NCBI GenBank assembly: GCA_964413735.1
Contig: CAYPSS010000001.1
Location: forward strand, 56,237 to 120,236
Direction of reading: 5' to 3'
From: an uncultured Gammaproteobacteria bacterium
GTDB lineage: Bacteria; Patescibacteriota; Patescibacteriia; UBA11705
Length of the DNA stretch: 64,000 nucleotides
Each line of letters begins with the position of its first letter. Within the stretch, counting starts at the first letter, position 1. The notes beneath the pieces were generated by a model that saw only the letters and a program-made list of their open reading frames with translations, ran no database searches and was not told where the DNA came from. The position numbers were made by a program, and so were the translations under genes. Positions 18,368 through 28,067 of the stretch are shown piece after piece.

Positions 18368-19237
18368 TTATTTTAAATTCAAACTGCGAAGGTATTTACG
18401 AAATTCATTTTTTACATCTTGATGTTTCAAAGCAATTTCAATATTAGCTTTCAAATAACCGAATTTTGAACCAGTGTCGTAATATGTTCCATCAATCAAG
18501 CGCGCATAAACCGATCGTTTTTTCATTAATTTAATAATGGCATCCACCAACCAAAGCTCGCCACCCTTGCCCAAAGTTGTTGATTCCAGCGCTTCAAAAA
18601 TATCCGGGGTTAAAATATAACCGCCGATTGATCCCAGCAATGATGGGGCCTTTTCCGGTCCCGGCTTTTCCACCAATTTTTTCACTTCAAAGACATCGTT
18701 GCCCAAACTTATTCCATCAATCACTCCATAACGTTTTGTTTCCTGTTTAGTAATTTGTTTGACCGTTAATACCGGATCACCGTATTTATTAAAAGTATCA
18801 ATCAGTTGACTTAATCGTGTTTTTTTCTTTGTCACCCAAAATTCATCACCCCAAACCACCGCAAACGGTTCATTGCCAATCAAACTCTTGGCACACAAAA
18901 CCGGGGTTCCATTTCCATACGGTCCTTTTTGACGAATAAAAATGAAATTCGCCATATCCGCAATTTTCTTGATTTCATCACGTTCTTGTTCTTTGCCAAC
19001 ACTTTTCAAATAATGCTGAATTTCAAAGTTATAGCTAAAATGATCTTCCACCGCTCGTTTACCGCTACCGGTGACTAAAATAATATCTTCGATTCCCGAA
19101 GCCACCGCCTCCTCTACCACATATTGAATAATCGGTTTATCTACAATTGGAAGCATTTCCTTTGGTTGTGCCTTGGTCGCCGGCAAAAACCTGGTTCCAT
19201 AACCGGCCACCGGAATTACAATTTTTTTGATTGCCAT
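18368..19237 (-). CDS. galU: UTP--glucose-1-phosphate uridylyltransferase
   Basis: 289 aa; IKKIVIPVAGYGTRFLPATKAQPKEMLPIVDKPIIQY N-terminal signature, VEKP...GGYIL. Confidence 0.85.
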   Translation of the reverse strand: MAIKKIVIPVAGYGTRFLPATKAQPKEMLPIVDKPIIQYVVEEAVASGIEDIILVTGSGKRAVEDHFSYNFEIQHYLKSVGKEQERDEIKKIADMANFIFIRQKGPYGNGTPVLCAKSLIGNEPFAVVWGDEFWVTKKKTRLSQLIDTFNKYGDPVLTVKQITKQETKRYGVIDGISLGNDVFEVKKLVEKPGPEKAPSLLGSIGGYILTPDIFEALESTTLGKGGELWLVDAIIKLMKKRSVYARLIDGTYYDTGSKFGYLKANIEIALKHQDVKNEFRKYLRSLNLK

Positions 19238-19371
19238 AATAAATAAAACTTTTAGGAATAGCCCTTTTTATCAAATTTATCGTATTTTTATTATAGCACA
19301 AATAATCAAATGCGCCCAAAAAAAATACCCACATTAAAAGGTGAGAATAAGTTTTTTATTTTCTTGAAAAT

Positions 19372-20583
19372 TTAACCGTTTTTCAATGCATATTGCCAAA
19401 TCTTTTCCGCAACATTTATGGGTGCTCCCTGCGTTGGGAAATGATGCATATCAATATAAGGTAAAGTGTTGTTTTCCAGAAAAATAAATGATTGGTCTTG
19501 ATAATGTTTTTTTTCATCTTCACAAATAAAGTCTAGGCCACAAACAACGGCCGACAAAGATTGTGATACCTTTTCACAAAGATTTTTGGTTTCCGGATGT
19601 AATGATTCCGTCACATTAACAATTTCCGCCCCCGCCCCAAGCGTGATTTTTTGTCCTAAAACAATTTTTTGGCCCATCGATAAAACATCATCCAGCCTTA
19701 ATCCGAGAGAATTTAAATAAATTTCCAAATCATCATTAACTTCAATTTGATGTAAAGTGGCATCACGTCGCTGTTTTGGCAAACGCCAAGGATGTTTATT
19801 ATAATTTGCAATTAAACTTTTAATAGTGTTTTCACCATCACCGTAAATAGTGGCCGGCATTCGCTTGGCACAAGCCACCATTTGACCATCAATCACCACT
19901 GCGCGATAAACATGACCAATTGCGAAACGCTCGACAATCACCTTGGCGCTGATTTGTTTGGCGATTCTCAAAGCCTGATCAAAATCTTCCCAACTTTTAA
20001 TCTGAAAAAAAGCATGGCGACTGAGTGATGAATCATTGGGCTTTACCACCAAAGGAAAACCGATTTTCCGGCCAAAAGTTTTGGCTTTTTTTATCGAAAA
20101 AAATGATTGCCCGGGAGCAATCGGCCAATTATTTTTTTCCAAGACTTTTCGGAAATATTCTTTGGTATCCAGATTTTTGCTTTGGGTGACAATATCAAAC
20201 AAAGGTAATTCCTGGAAATATCTTGTCTTACCTTGATTATGCCAAGAAAAAAATGATAAGTATGATTTATTTTTATTTTTCAATTGATAAGCTCTGATAT
20301 CCAATTGTAATTTTTTCGCTTCATCCCAAATAACCAAAGTTCGATTATAAAACTGCCTTCGATCAATTTGCGAGGTGACTTCCACCAAATCAAATAATCT
20401 CAAAATAAAAACCAAAAAACGAATAAACAAAATGTCAATTGATTCAATGATTCTTTTTGGAAAAAAATTAGTGAACCTTTCCGCCAATGGATCAATAATC
20501 AAAGTTTCCAAATAAGAAACCATCTTATCATGCCAATGATTTTCCTCTAACGGATAGCAATGGGGACACTTTTTATTTTTCAT
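19372..20583 (-). CDS. ATP-grasp ligase, CphA-like C-terminal ATP-grasp with about 190-aa N-terminal extension
   Basis: 403 aa; C-terminal half parallels the 74..1042 protein (MPATIYGDGENTIKSL, GAEIVNVTESLHPET, LENNTLPYIDMHHFPTQGAPINVAEKI). Confidence 0.55.
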   Translation of the reverse strand: MKNKKCPHCYPLEENHWHDKMVSYLETLIIDPLAERFTNFFPKRIIESIDILFIRFLVFILRLFDLVEVTSQIDRRQFYNRTLVIWDEAKKLQLDIRAYQLKNKNKSYLSFFSWHNQGKTRYFQELPLFDIVTQSKNLDTKEYFRKVLEKNNWPIAPGQSFFSIKKAKTFGRKIGFPLVVKPNDSSLSRHAFFQIKSWEDFDQALRIAKQISAKVIVERFAIGHVYRAVVIDGQMVACAKRMPATIYGDGENTIKSLIANYNKHPWRLPKQRRDATLHQIEVNDDLEIYLNSLGLRLDDVLSMGQKIVLGQKITLGAGAEIVNVTESLHPETKNLCEKVSQSLSAVVCGLDFICEDEKKHYQDQSFIFLENNTLPYIDMHHFPTQGAPINVAEKIWQYALKNG

Positions 20584-20664
20584 AATAATTAAAAAATATC
20601 ATGCTCCGATAAATAAAGCAAAAACATCCTTAATCAGGATGCTTTTTATTAAATTATATAATTG

Positions 20665-20913
20665 CTATTTTTTCCCGGTTAACATTTTAATAAAACCGGC
20701 TAATTCATGGGCCAGCATACCAATGCGAATCATAATATAAACACTGATCAAGCCAATCACAAAAAAAGTTATTGCCACCAGGAGATTTAGAGTAAAAGGA
20801 TAAAGCAAAATCAAGACCGCCAAAGCAAACAAAAACAAAGCTAGTAAAAAGAAAAACAAAATGATTTCAAAAATCAACTTGCGCACTGTATGATAAAGAT
20901 TACGAATTTCCAT
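20665..20913 (-). CDS. Small two-TM membrane protein, hypothetical
   Basis: 82 aa, hydrophobic; terminator hairpin (catcct...aggatg plus T-run) at 20600-20640. Confidence 0.35.
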   Translation of the reverse strand: MEIRNLYHTVRKLIFEIILFFFLLALFLFALAVLILLYPFTLNLLVAITFFVIGLISVYIMIRIGMLAHELAGFIKMLTGKK

Positions 20914-20976
20914 ATTTTTATTTTTATTTCATTTTAATTATATCATAAATAATGGAATTCAACCAAATAACCAATT

Positions 20977-21033
20977 GACAAATCAATTAAATCAGTTAAA
21001 CTTTTAATGGTTCCTTTCACTTTCAGGGAGGGG
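20977..21033 (+). promoter_or_regulatory. Putative sigma70-type promoter (TTGACA-16nt-TAAACT) and strong Shine-Dalgarno AGGGAGGGG for the Nudix gene
   Basis: TTGACA at 20977-20982; SD at 21025-21033 immediately upstream of ATG 21035; leader shares ttaatggttcc...cagggaggg with the leader of gene 28068. Confidence 0.4.
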
Positions 21034-21034
21034 C

Positions 21035-21757
21035 ATGGGAAAAGAAAGCCATACTAACAATTCGCCATCAGTTTGTTCAACTTTGGTTGTTGATTGTGTG
21101 GTTACCAGTCTCTATCGCACAATACCATTGATTGGATTAATTACGCGGAAAAAGTATCCGTATGCAGATCGTTATTGTTTGCCGGGCGGACATTTTGATG
21201 CCGGAGTCTGGAATCAGGAAAAACAATGTTTTGAAATGAACTCACAACATGGTTGTGACTTAACGATTGAACAAACCGCTTCCCGAGAATTGGCTGAAGA
21301 GGCAATGCTTTGTGTATCTCCGGATGAATGGCAATTTCTAATGTTTTTGACTGCTCCCAATCGTGATCCGCGACCTGATATGCGACGCTTATCGGCCGTT
21401 TTCTGGAAAGATTTCAGCTCATTTTCCTCTTTACTTCTTGGTAAGGCCAACAGTGACGCTGCCTCGTGGACAATAACAAACTTAATGTCATTGACGGAAG
21501 AAGTGATGGGCTTTGATCATTGGCTGGTAATTCAAAAGTTGCAAAAGCATTGGGCGGAAACAGCAAGAACTTGGTCTTTTGATGGTTTCAAATATGTTCA
21601 TAAATGCAATGAATTATTCCATGGTTTTGGTGAAATTTGGCGACATCCCAATGCCAATGAAGCTTACCATAGCCATAGTCATAATACTGTTTTACAACCA
21701 ATTAAATTCTGCCCCGGTTGTGGTAAAAGTTTGACACTGCCAATCATTAACTTTTAA
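21035..21757 (+). CDS. NUDIX-family hydrolase-like protein with C-terminal CxxC extension
   Basis: 240 aa; Nudix-box-like segment LPGGHFDAG...TIEQTASRELAEEAML; GC content visibly higher than surroundings; strong SD. Confidence 0.5.
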   Translation: MGKESHTNNSPSVCSTLVVDCVVTSLYRTIPLIGLITRKKYPYADRYCLPGGHFDAGVWNQEKQCFEMNSQHGCDLTIEQTASRELAEEAMLCVSPDEWQFLMFLTAPNRDPRPDMRRLSAVFWKDFSSFSSLLLGKANSDAASWTITNLMSLTEEVMGFDHWLVIQKLQKHWAETARTWSFDGFKYVHKCNELFHGFGEIWRHPNANEAYHSHSHNTVLQPIKFCPGCGKSLTLPIINF

Positions 21758-21764
21758 TAAGCGA

Positions 21765-21791
21765 AAATCTTACCAACGGTAAGATTTTTTT
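21765..21791 (+). terminator. Rho-independent terminator after Nudix gene
   Basis: aaatcttacc aacg ggtaagattt hairpin followed by TTTTTTT. Confidence 0.6.
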
Positions 21792-21799
21792 AATCCAAG

Positions 21800-22040
21800 T
21801 AATTTTCCTCATGTCATTGCAAGGATTTCCGTGAAACAGTCCGCCCCACCTGTCATTGCGAGGAGCGAAGCGACGAAGCAATCTAAAGGACTAGTGGGCA
21901 AAGCTTTCCCTTAGATTGCCACGAGATTTCAATTCTTGAAATCTATCGCAATGACAGGAAAAACTTACCACTTTCCCACTTGTCTTACTTACCACTTACA
22001 ACTTTCTTGCTTAATACTTTCTTGCTTACTGCTTGCTAAA
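21800..22040. repeat. Modular intergenic palindromic repeat block (inverted copy of block at 24140-24420)
   Basis: cctgtcattgcgagg...tcgcaatgacagg and gcaatctaaagg...ccttagattgcc internal palindromes; 21826-21867 is the reverse complement of 24325-24362; gtaag-block at 21962-22035 is the inverse of 24150-24215. Confidence 0.7.
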
Positions 22041-22043
22041 AAA

Positions 22044-23228
22044 TCAAAGATACTTTCGGTTTCTCAATTTATCCGGTAAATAAGTTTGCTTGGAGCTATC
22101 CTCCTTTGGTGTATATTTATATCCTTTACTATAACCTAATTCCTTCATTAATTTAGTTGGGGCATTTCGCAAATGAAGCGGGACCGGCAAATTGCCATAT
22201 TGCTCGACATCACGACCGGCTTTTTCAATCGCTTCATAAGCAGTAATATCTTTTTTGGAATTTGATAAATAAATCACACATTGTGTCAAATGCACGCCAC
22301 ACTCAGGCATCCCCAATTTATGACAAGCATCAAAAACCGCATTGGCTAAAAGTAAAGCGGTGTTATTTGCCAATCCAATATCTTCCGAGGCAAAACGCAC
22401 TAAGCGCCTCGCAATATATAGAGGATCTTCACCGGCTTTGAGCATTCGCGCCAACCAATAAACCGCCCCATTGGCATCGCCACCACGCATTGACTTATGC
22501 AAAGCGGAAATTATATTATAATGTTCTTCCCCGTTTTTATCATACATTAAAGCGGTTTTTTGTAATATTGTTTTGACGGTTTCAGCCGTAATTTTATTAC
22601 TGTGTTGCGCACATAATTCCAAAGTATTTAGAGCGATACGCGCGTCACCATTAGACAAAGACGCCAAAAGCTCTTTGGTTTTTTTATCAATTTTAATTTT
22701 TTGAGCCCCCAGCCCGCTGACTTCATCATGCAAAGCACGATCAATAATTTTTATTAAATCCTCCGGCTCCAACTTATTCAAAACAACGATACGAGAACGG
22801 GAAAGAACCGCTGAATTAACTTCAAATGATGGATTTTCCGTTGTCGCGCCAATTAAAATCAATAGCCCTTGTTCCACAAAAGGTAGCAGTGCATCTTGTT
22901 GCGCCTTGCTCCAACGATGAATTTCATCAACAAATAAAATGGTTTTGATTTTAAGTCGACTGCTTTGTTTGGCTCGTTCCACGACGGCCAGCAAATCTTT
23001 TTTTCCACTGGAGACGGCACTTAATTGCACAAATTCCGAATTGGTTTGCTGAGCAATAATTCTCGCCAAAGTGGTTTTCCCGGTTCCGGGTGGCCCCCAC
23101 AAAATCATCGAAGGAATATTATCTTCTAAAATCGCTTGACGCAAAAAAGACTTAGGGCCAATAATTTGTTCTTGGCCAAAAAACTCCTCTAATTTTGTTG
23201 GACGTAAACGATCCGCTAATGGTGGCAT
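22044..23228 (-). CDS. rarA: Replication-associated recombination protein A (AAA+ ATPase RarA/MgsA)
   Basis: 394 aa; [19 protein letters not shown] Walker A, VDEIHRW Walker B, conserved C-terminal RarA helical domain motifs. Confidence 0.85.
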   Translation of the reverse strand: MPPLADRLRPTKLEEFFGQEQIIGPKSFLRQAILEDNIPSMILWGPPGTGKTTLARIIAQQTNSEFVQLSAVSSGKKDLLAVVERAKQSSRLKIKTILFVDEIHRWSKAQQDALLPFVEQGLLILIGATTENPSFEVNSAVLSRSRIVVLNKLEPEDLIKIIDRALHDEVSGLGAQKIKIDKKTKELLASLSNGDARIALNTLELCAQHSNKITAETVKTILQKTALMYDKNGEEHYNIISALHKSMRGGDANGAVYWLARMLKAGEDPLYIARRLVRFASEDIGLANNTALLLANAVFDACHKLGMPECGVHLTQCVIYLSNSKKDITAYEAIEKAGRDVEQYGNLPVPLHLRNAPTKLMKELGYSKGYKYTPKEDSSKQTYLPDKLRNRKYL

Positions 23229-23328
23229 ATTTGTTATTTAGGGGGCTAATCTTGTTGCTAATATCTTAGCACTAATTTTTTTAAATTCAAAAAAATCCTC
23301 TGTTAGAGGATTTCGAATTAAAGATTAA

Positions 23329-23520
23329 TCACGAACAACGACGCAAACGTGGGTTGGCCTTGGGAAATTGAGGCGAATCAGCGCGTCCCCGAGAATGACG
23401 TGGAATTTCCTTCTTATCCGATTCATCATCCGTATCCACCACTTGTTGGGAAAAATGCTTGACCACCACTTCACTTTGTTCCTCGGGCAACAACTTGTAT
23501 TCAGGACGCTTCCAAAACAT
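23329..23520 (-). CDS. Small acidic/basic hypothetical protein (63 aa) with strong SD and own terminator
   Basis: AAGAGGAGGG SD 4 nt upstream of ATG; terminator hairpin aatcctct gtta gaggatt plus T-run at 23290-23320; GC-richer than surroundings. Confidence 0.4.
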   Translation of the reverse strand: MFWKRPEYKLLPEEQSEVVVKHFSQQVVDTDDESDKKEIPRHSRGRADSPQFPKANPRLRRCS

Positions 23521-23554
23521 CAGCCCTCCTCTTTAAAGGGAATAGACTATTATG

Positions 23555-24130
23555 CTATTGATCAATCATTCCTTTTTTCAAGCAATTATTATAATAACAG
23601 TAATCGAAAATATCACGAGAAATCGGAAAAGCGGCAAACAAAATCGCCAACAAGAAGATATGGCTAAACACAAAATCACAAGCACCTAGAAAATTCATTG
23701 ATTCACTTAAGATCATATCAGCCAAAAATGCCAGCCCGAAAATGAAAACTACTTGAATAACAACAAGGGGCAAAACAATTGAATCATTTTTCAAAATCAC
23801 CACCTCATCTTTCATGCTGGAAGAACTAAAAAGCCATTTTTGGGTGTCATACCACCTGGCCCAAATCAAGACAATGGCAATAATCGCAAAAATTGGGAAC
23901 TTTGGCCCCAAATAATAATAATCTGACATTAAATAACCAATCATAACAATCGCTGTCACAACGGTAACACCAAATTGAATCATGGGGTAAAAAGCCCGTT
24001 TGCCTTTTCGCCAACGATAATATTGATAAGAAAAAATGCCCATCAGTAATCCTAAAAAAATATTTAACAAAATCAATAAAATTGGCATTTCGCACCTCAC
24101 TTTTGTAAAGAACCAAAATAAAATTATCAT
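23555..24130 (-). CDS. Multi-TM membrane protein, hypothetical (paralog of 24543..25202)
   Basis: 191 aa; shares YYYLGPKFPIFAIIAIVLIWARWYD-type block with the downstream paralog. Confidence 0.45.
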   Translation of the reverse strand: MIILFWFFTKVRCEMPILLILLNIFLGLLMGIFSYQYYRWRKGKRAFYPMIQFGVTVVTAIVMIGYLMSDYYYLGPKFPIFAIIAIVLIWARWYDTQKWLFSSSSMKDEVVILKNDSIVLPLVVIQVVFIFGLAFLADMILSESMNFLGACDFVFSHIFLLAILFAAFPISRDIFDYCYYNNCLKKGMIDQ

Positions 24131-24139
24131 ATCAAATAT

Positions 24140-24460
24140 TGATTGTCAATAAAGTGGGTAAGGGAGTAAGCAAGAAAGTTGTAAGTAGTAAGTAAGACAA
24201 GTGTGACGAGTAAGAAAGTAAAAAGTTTTTCCTGTTATTACGAGAGGTTTCACTTTGTGAAACCTCGTGGCAATCTAAAAGAAGTCTTTCCCAAAATTAT
24301 TTTAGATTGCCACGTCGTTCCGTTTCACGGAACTCCTCGCAATGACAGGTGGGGTGGACTGTTTCACAGAACTCCTCACAACGATCCTCTTTGTCTACAA
24401 AACGAGGCGAGCAAACAGGACGTAATTTTCTCACTCTGAACTTGTTTCAGAGTCTGAGTT
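24140..24460. repeat. Modular intergenic repeat block (gtaag-rich block, palindromic block, 29-bp element)
   Basis: Reverse-complement copies of motifs at 21800-22040; ttctcactctgaacttgtttcagagtctg at 24428-24456 identical to 13237-13265. Confidence 0.7.
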
Positions 24461-24542
24461 AAAAATATACAAAACCACGAATGTACGAATTATCGAACTT
24501 TGAATATAAAAAAACCTCGACCTTGTCGAAGTTTGAAATTAT

Positions 24543-25202
24543 CTATGGGAAGTTCGGCTCATGCTTTTTCTCCTGCAAGTGTTTCTCCAATTTTTGTTGT
24601 GCTAAAAGGAAAACGCGCCATTCAAAAATATTACGCGACAGATCAGGGAACATCATAGCAATGGCCATTGAAAGGGTCGCAAAAGCAATAACAAAGTCAA
24701 TGCTTTTCAGAATACTATCAAACGGATAATCAAATTTTACCCAAACATTATAAACAATCACATTAACCATGGTCCACAGAATAAGAGCAAAACCAATCCG
24801 TAAGAAAATCTTTGTTTTACTCAGGAACAAAAACTCCAACTGCTGACGATCTTTTTCATTTTCAATAATAACTTGATTATTAACCACGGTCATTTTTTTA
24901 TTCAACCAAACCAGACTTTCATAGCGTCTAAGATGAATAAAAATTAAAGCAATCAAAACAGTAAAAATCGACCTTGGGCCAAGATACAAATAATCGGAAT
25001 GAAAATATTCGAAACATAAAAAAGCCGTTATGCAAACAATCTGAACAAACACTGCATCAAACAAGGTTTTTTCACCCTTTTGGTCATGTTTTTTTTTCAA
25101 AGCCGAAGATACAACAATGCCAATCGAAAGAAGAATCACCATACCTAAACGCAAAAGAACCTGATAATTGTCCATCATTGCCCCCTGGTTGTAAAGGAAC
25201 AA
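24543..25202 (-). CDS. Multi-TM membrane protein, hypothetical (paralog of 23555..24130)
   Basis: 219 aa; DYLYLGPRSIFTVLIALIFIHLRRYE block. Confidence 0.45.
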   Translation of the reverse strand: MFLYNQGAMMDNYQVLLRLGMVILLSIGIVVSSALKKKHDQKGEKTLFDAVFVQIVCITAFLCFEYFHSDYLYLGPRSIFTVLIALIFIHLRRYESLVWLNKKMTVVNNQVIIENEKDRQQLEFLFLSKTKIFLRIGFALILWTMVNVIVYNVWVKFDYPFDSILKSIDFVIAFATLSMAIAMMFPDLSRNIFEWRVFLLAQQKLEKHLQEKKHEPNFP

Positions 25203-25220
25203 ATAAGATTAACATTAATC

Positions 25221-26504
25221 TTATTTCTTGTCAATAGGGATTACCACTTCTTTAGACCTAAAAACCAGCCAGCTCAATGAAAAAAACAACCACCACAAAA
25301 TACTTAAATCATTTTTAAAATACGGCACATCAACAATTCCATGCGTAATAATTACCATCAAGCAACAAATGAGCAATATATATAATGATCGATTATCAGA
25401 ATTTTTCACTTTCCAATAATTGATTAAATATTTGAGAATTAAGAATCCCACAATCAATAACCCCAAAATCCCAATTTCCGTCCAAAAATTCAAAATAAAG
25501 TTATGAGGATATAAATATATTTCCACCACTCCCTTAGCATGATGAAATGGCGCAATGGCCGTTTGATAACCGGAAATTCCCCCACCCCAAATTGGAGAAA
25601 CTTTTAACATTTGAATGGTTTCTTGCCACATTACCAAACGCAAGTTCCCGGAAAAATCCTGGAACAATGCTTTTTCCTGAACCAAACTACCAATGGTCGG
25701 AAAAGCAAAAACCCCCACCATAGCAAGAAAAAGAAAAATCAAAGTGATGATTCGCAATTTTTTGATTAACAAACCAAACAACAAACCACCAATTCCCAGA
25801 GCAACGATCGCCCCCTCACTTTGCGCAAAAAGGATGGCCAGAAAACCGCAAATGGCCACGATTAAGTAATAAATAATTTGGGACCAATATTTTCCCGCTG
25901 ATTTTTCCCAGAGCAAATAAGCTTGGCCGAGAAATAACAAAACCAAAGGCGCCAGATACAAGCCAATGGCATTGGGATAACCATAAACACTGGTCACGCG
26001 ACGCGTTTGTGCTACCGCCCAAAATTCATTGGGAATAAATGCCCCGGTAAACTTTTGATAAATTGCCAAAGCCGATATTCCTAAAATCGATAGCCCTAAA
26101 AATTTCAGGATCAATTGCCAATCATTTCTTGTTTTAATTATATTAATAAAAATAATGAAAAACATAATCGGCTCAATAAAGTAGGCTTTCCAGACTCCCA
26201 GGGCCGCTCGTTTATCAGGTGAATAAAAAATGGCTAAGCTGACAATAATTAACAACAGCAAAATCAACCATTTATAATTTGAATAAGTTAAACGTTGTTT
26301 AGATATTATTTTTTTAATAATAAAAAGAAAAAAGGCCACTAAAATCAATGCTTCAATCAAAGTAAACGGAACATTAAAAATTAAAAATTTAATTCGGTAA
26401 AACGGCAACACCAAAAGAAAAATCGCCAAACCCAAAGCCGGTCGGCGCCAAAACAAAACCCCAAACAGCAAGCTAACAAAAACCAAAATCATTAAATCAA
26501 TCAT
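25221..26504 (-). CDS. O-antigen ligase/polymerase-like (Wzy_C family) membrane protein
   Basis: 427 aa, 10-12 TM helices with large periplasmic loop, layout typical of O-antigen ligase family; 4-bp overlap with flippase gene. Confidence 0.5.
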   Translation of the reverse strand: MIDLMILVFVSLLFGVLFWRRPALGLAIFLLVLPFYRIKFLIFNVPFTLIEALILVAFFLFIIKKIISKQRLTYSNYKWLILLLLIIVSLAIFYSPDKRAALGVWKAYFIEPIMFFIIFINIIKTRNDWQLILKFLGLSILGISALAIYQKFTGAFIPNEFWAVAQTRRVTSVYGYPNAIGLYLAPLVLLFLGQAYLLWEKSAGKYWSQIIYYLIVAICGFLAILFAQSEGAIVALGIGGLLFGLLIKKLRIITLIFLFLAMVGVFAFPTIGSLVQEKALFQDFSGNLRLVMWQETIQMLKVSPIWGGGISGYQTAIAPFHHAKGVVEIYLYPHNFILNFWTEIGILGLLIVGFLILKYLINYWKVKNSDNRSLYILLICCLMVIITHGIVDVPYFKNDLSILWWLFFSLSWLVFRSKEVVIPIDKK

Positions 26505-27931
26505 AAATTATCAATGTTTGGCTTAGATAATTCCTTCCAAAAATCTTTTTTTATGGCTCCAAGTAAATATAGCATTCCAAAATATGTAATCGAAGCCATT
26601 AATAAAACAAATAAAATATGCCAATTGGGCAACAATAAAATTATCCCGACCATTACTAAGCCGGCCAAACAATATTTACCCAAAGCAATAAGACTGGGAA
26701 TAAATTTAGTTTCCCGATAAACCACCACAAAAGTCCAAACCATAATTACTACCTCAGAAAAAACCGTCATCCACGCCGCGCCCCAAAAACCGAACTTGGG
26801 AATAAAAATAAAATATCCAATCAAAGTAATAATACTGGTTGTTAAATAACCCCACATCATTTGTCGTTGCTTGTGCACGGCCAAAACTGCATAGCCAAAT
26901 AAACTGGTGACAAAAATCGCTCCCGAAGCCAGAATTAAAACTTTCAAAATTTCACCGGACATGGCAAAATCTCTGCCCGCCACAAAAACCATTACTTTTT
27001 GGGCCACCAAAAAAGTGCCAAAAACAATCGGCACCGCAAAAAGCATCAGAGAATCAAAGGCCAGTTGCATTAACTTTTTCATTTCCGTTAAATTTTTTTG
27101 CAAAAAATGATTGGTTAAATGAGGCAACACAATCCCCATATAAACGGCTGGCATCATGGTCAAAATATCCACGACCCGATAAGTCGCACCATAAAGCCCG
27201 ACATCCGCTTGCGGTCTAACAAGTGACAAAATAATGGTATCCATTTTCAAATAAATCAAATTAAAACCAATGGACAAAGCAATCGGCCAACTACGTTTGG
27301 CCACCGCCTTCCAAATATCAAAGTCAAACGCCCAACCAAATTCAATGTATTTGCGTGCATAATAGAAAACCACAATCAAATTCACCAAACTGCCAAAAGA
27401 AATGGTCAATAAAATATAAAATAATGACCCGCCAAGCAAGGCAATTACCGCTGTTAAAATTACCAGCACCAACCGGCCCAAAACCTCAGCAATCGTTACT
27501 TCAAACATTTTTAATTTTTTCTGGAAAACCCCGGTCAATACTTGAATAATAGTAATAAAGTAAAAAGAAAATGATGTGGCCAAAACACCCATCTTCACTT
27601 CCGGAGGATAAGGGAAAAACAAAACCACCAAAGGCGCCAACCCAATAAATAGAAACGAAGAGATTACGCGCAAAGTTAAAATATTTTTCAACAATCTCGG
27701 TTCATCTTGTTTTTCATCACTGATCATTTGCACGGTGGTGAGACTCAAACCAAAATCCGCCATAATGCCAAAAAACTGCAAAAAGGCAATTGCGGTAGTG
27801 TAATAACCAAATCCGGTTTGACCCAAATATCGGGTCATTATCGATACCGCCACCAACCCCAGAACTAAACTGATCATTTTGCCGGCAATTTGAATCAAAG
27901 AGTTTTTGGTAATTTTACTGTTAATTGACAT
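26501..27931 (-). CDS. Polysaccharide biosynthesis protein / oligosaccharide flippase (MOP superfamily, Wzx-like)
   Basis: 476 aa, about 12-14 TM helices, N-terminus typical of Polysacc_synt family (SLIQIAGKMISLVLGLVAVSIMTRYLG). Confidence 0.65.
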   Translation of the reverse strand: MSINSKITKNSLIQIAGKMISLVLGLVAVSIMTRYLGQTGFGYYTTAIAFLQFFGIMADFGLSLTTVQMISDEKQDEPRLLKNILTLRVISSFLFIGLAPLVVLFFPYPPEVKMGVLATSFSFYFITIIQVLTGVFQKKLKMFEVTIAEVLGRLVLVILTAVIALLGGSLFYILLTISFGSLVNLIVVFYYARKYIEFGWAFDFDIWKAVAKRSWPIALSIGFNLIYLKMDTIILSLVRPQADVGLYGATYRVVDILTMMPAVYMGIVLPHLTNHFLQKNLTEMKKLMQLAFDSLMLFAVPIVFGTFLVAQKVMVFVAGRDFAMSGEILKVLILASGAIFVTSLFGYAVLAVHKQRQMMWGYLTTSIITLIGYFIFIPKFGFWGAAWMTVFSEVVIMVWTFVVVYRETKFIPSLIALGKYCLAGLVMVGIILLLPNWHILFVLLMASITYFGMLYLLGAIKKDFWKELSKPNIDNL

Positions 27932-28003
27932 AAAATATATTTTGTTTGAAGTTTAATTACTTAAATTTTACCAATTTTTACCAAAAAAAACAAACTTCTG
28001 GGG

Positions 28004-28063
28004 TTGACAATTAAATATAATTGTACTACAATATACTGTTAATGGTTCCCCAAACAGGGAGGG
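28004..28063 (+). promoter_or_regulatory. Canonical sigma70-type promoter TTGACA-17nt-TACAAT plus strong SD AGGGAGGG
   Basis: TTGACA 28004-28009, TACAAT 28027-28032, SD 28056-28063, ATG 28068. Confidence 0.5.
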
Positions 28064-28067
28064 TGCG

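Noticed and set aside
19137-19334. 65-aa ORF overlapping the galU start
   Set aside because: It overlaps the well-supported galU N-terminus on the same strand in another frame, and has no motif support.
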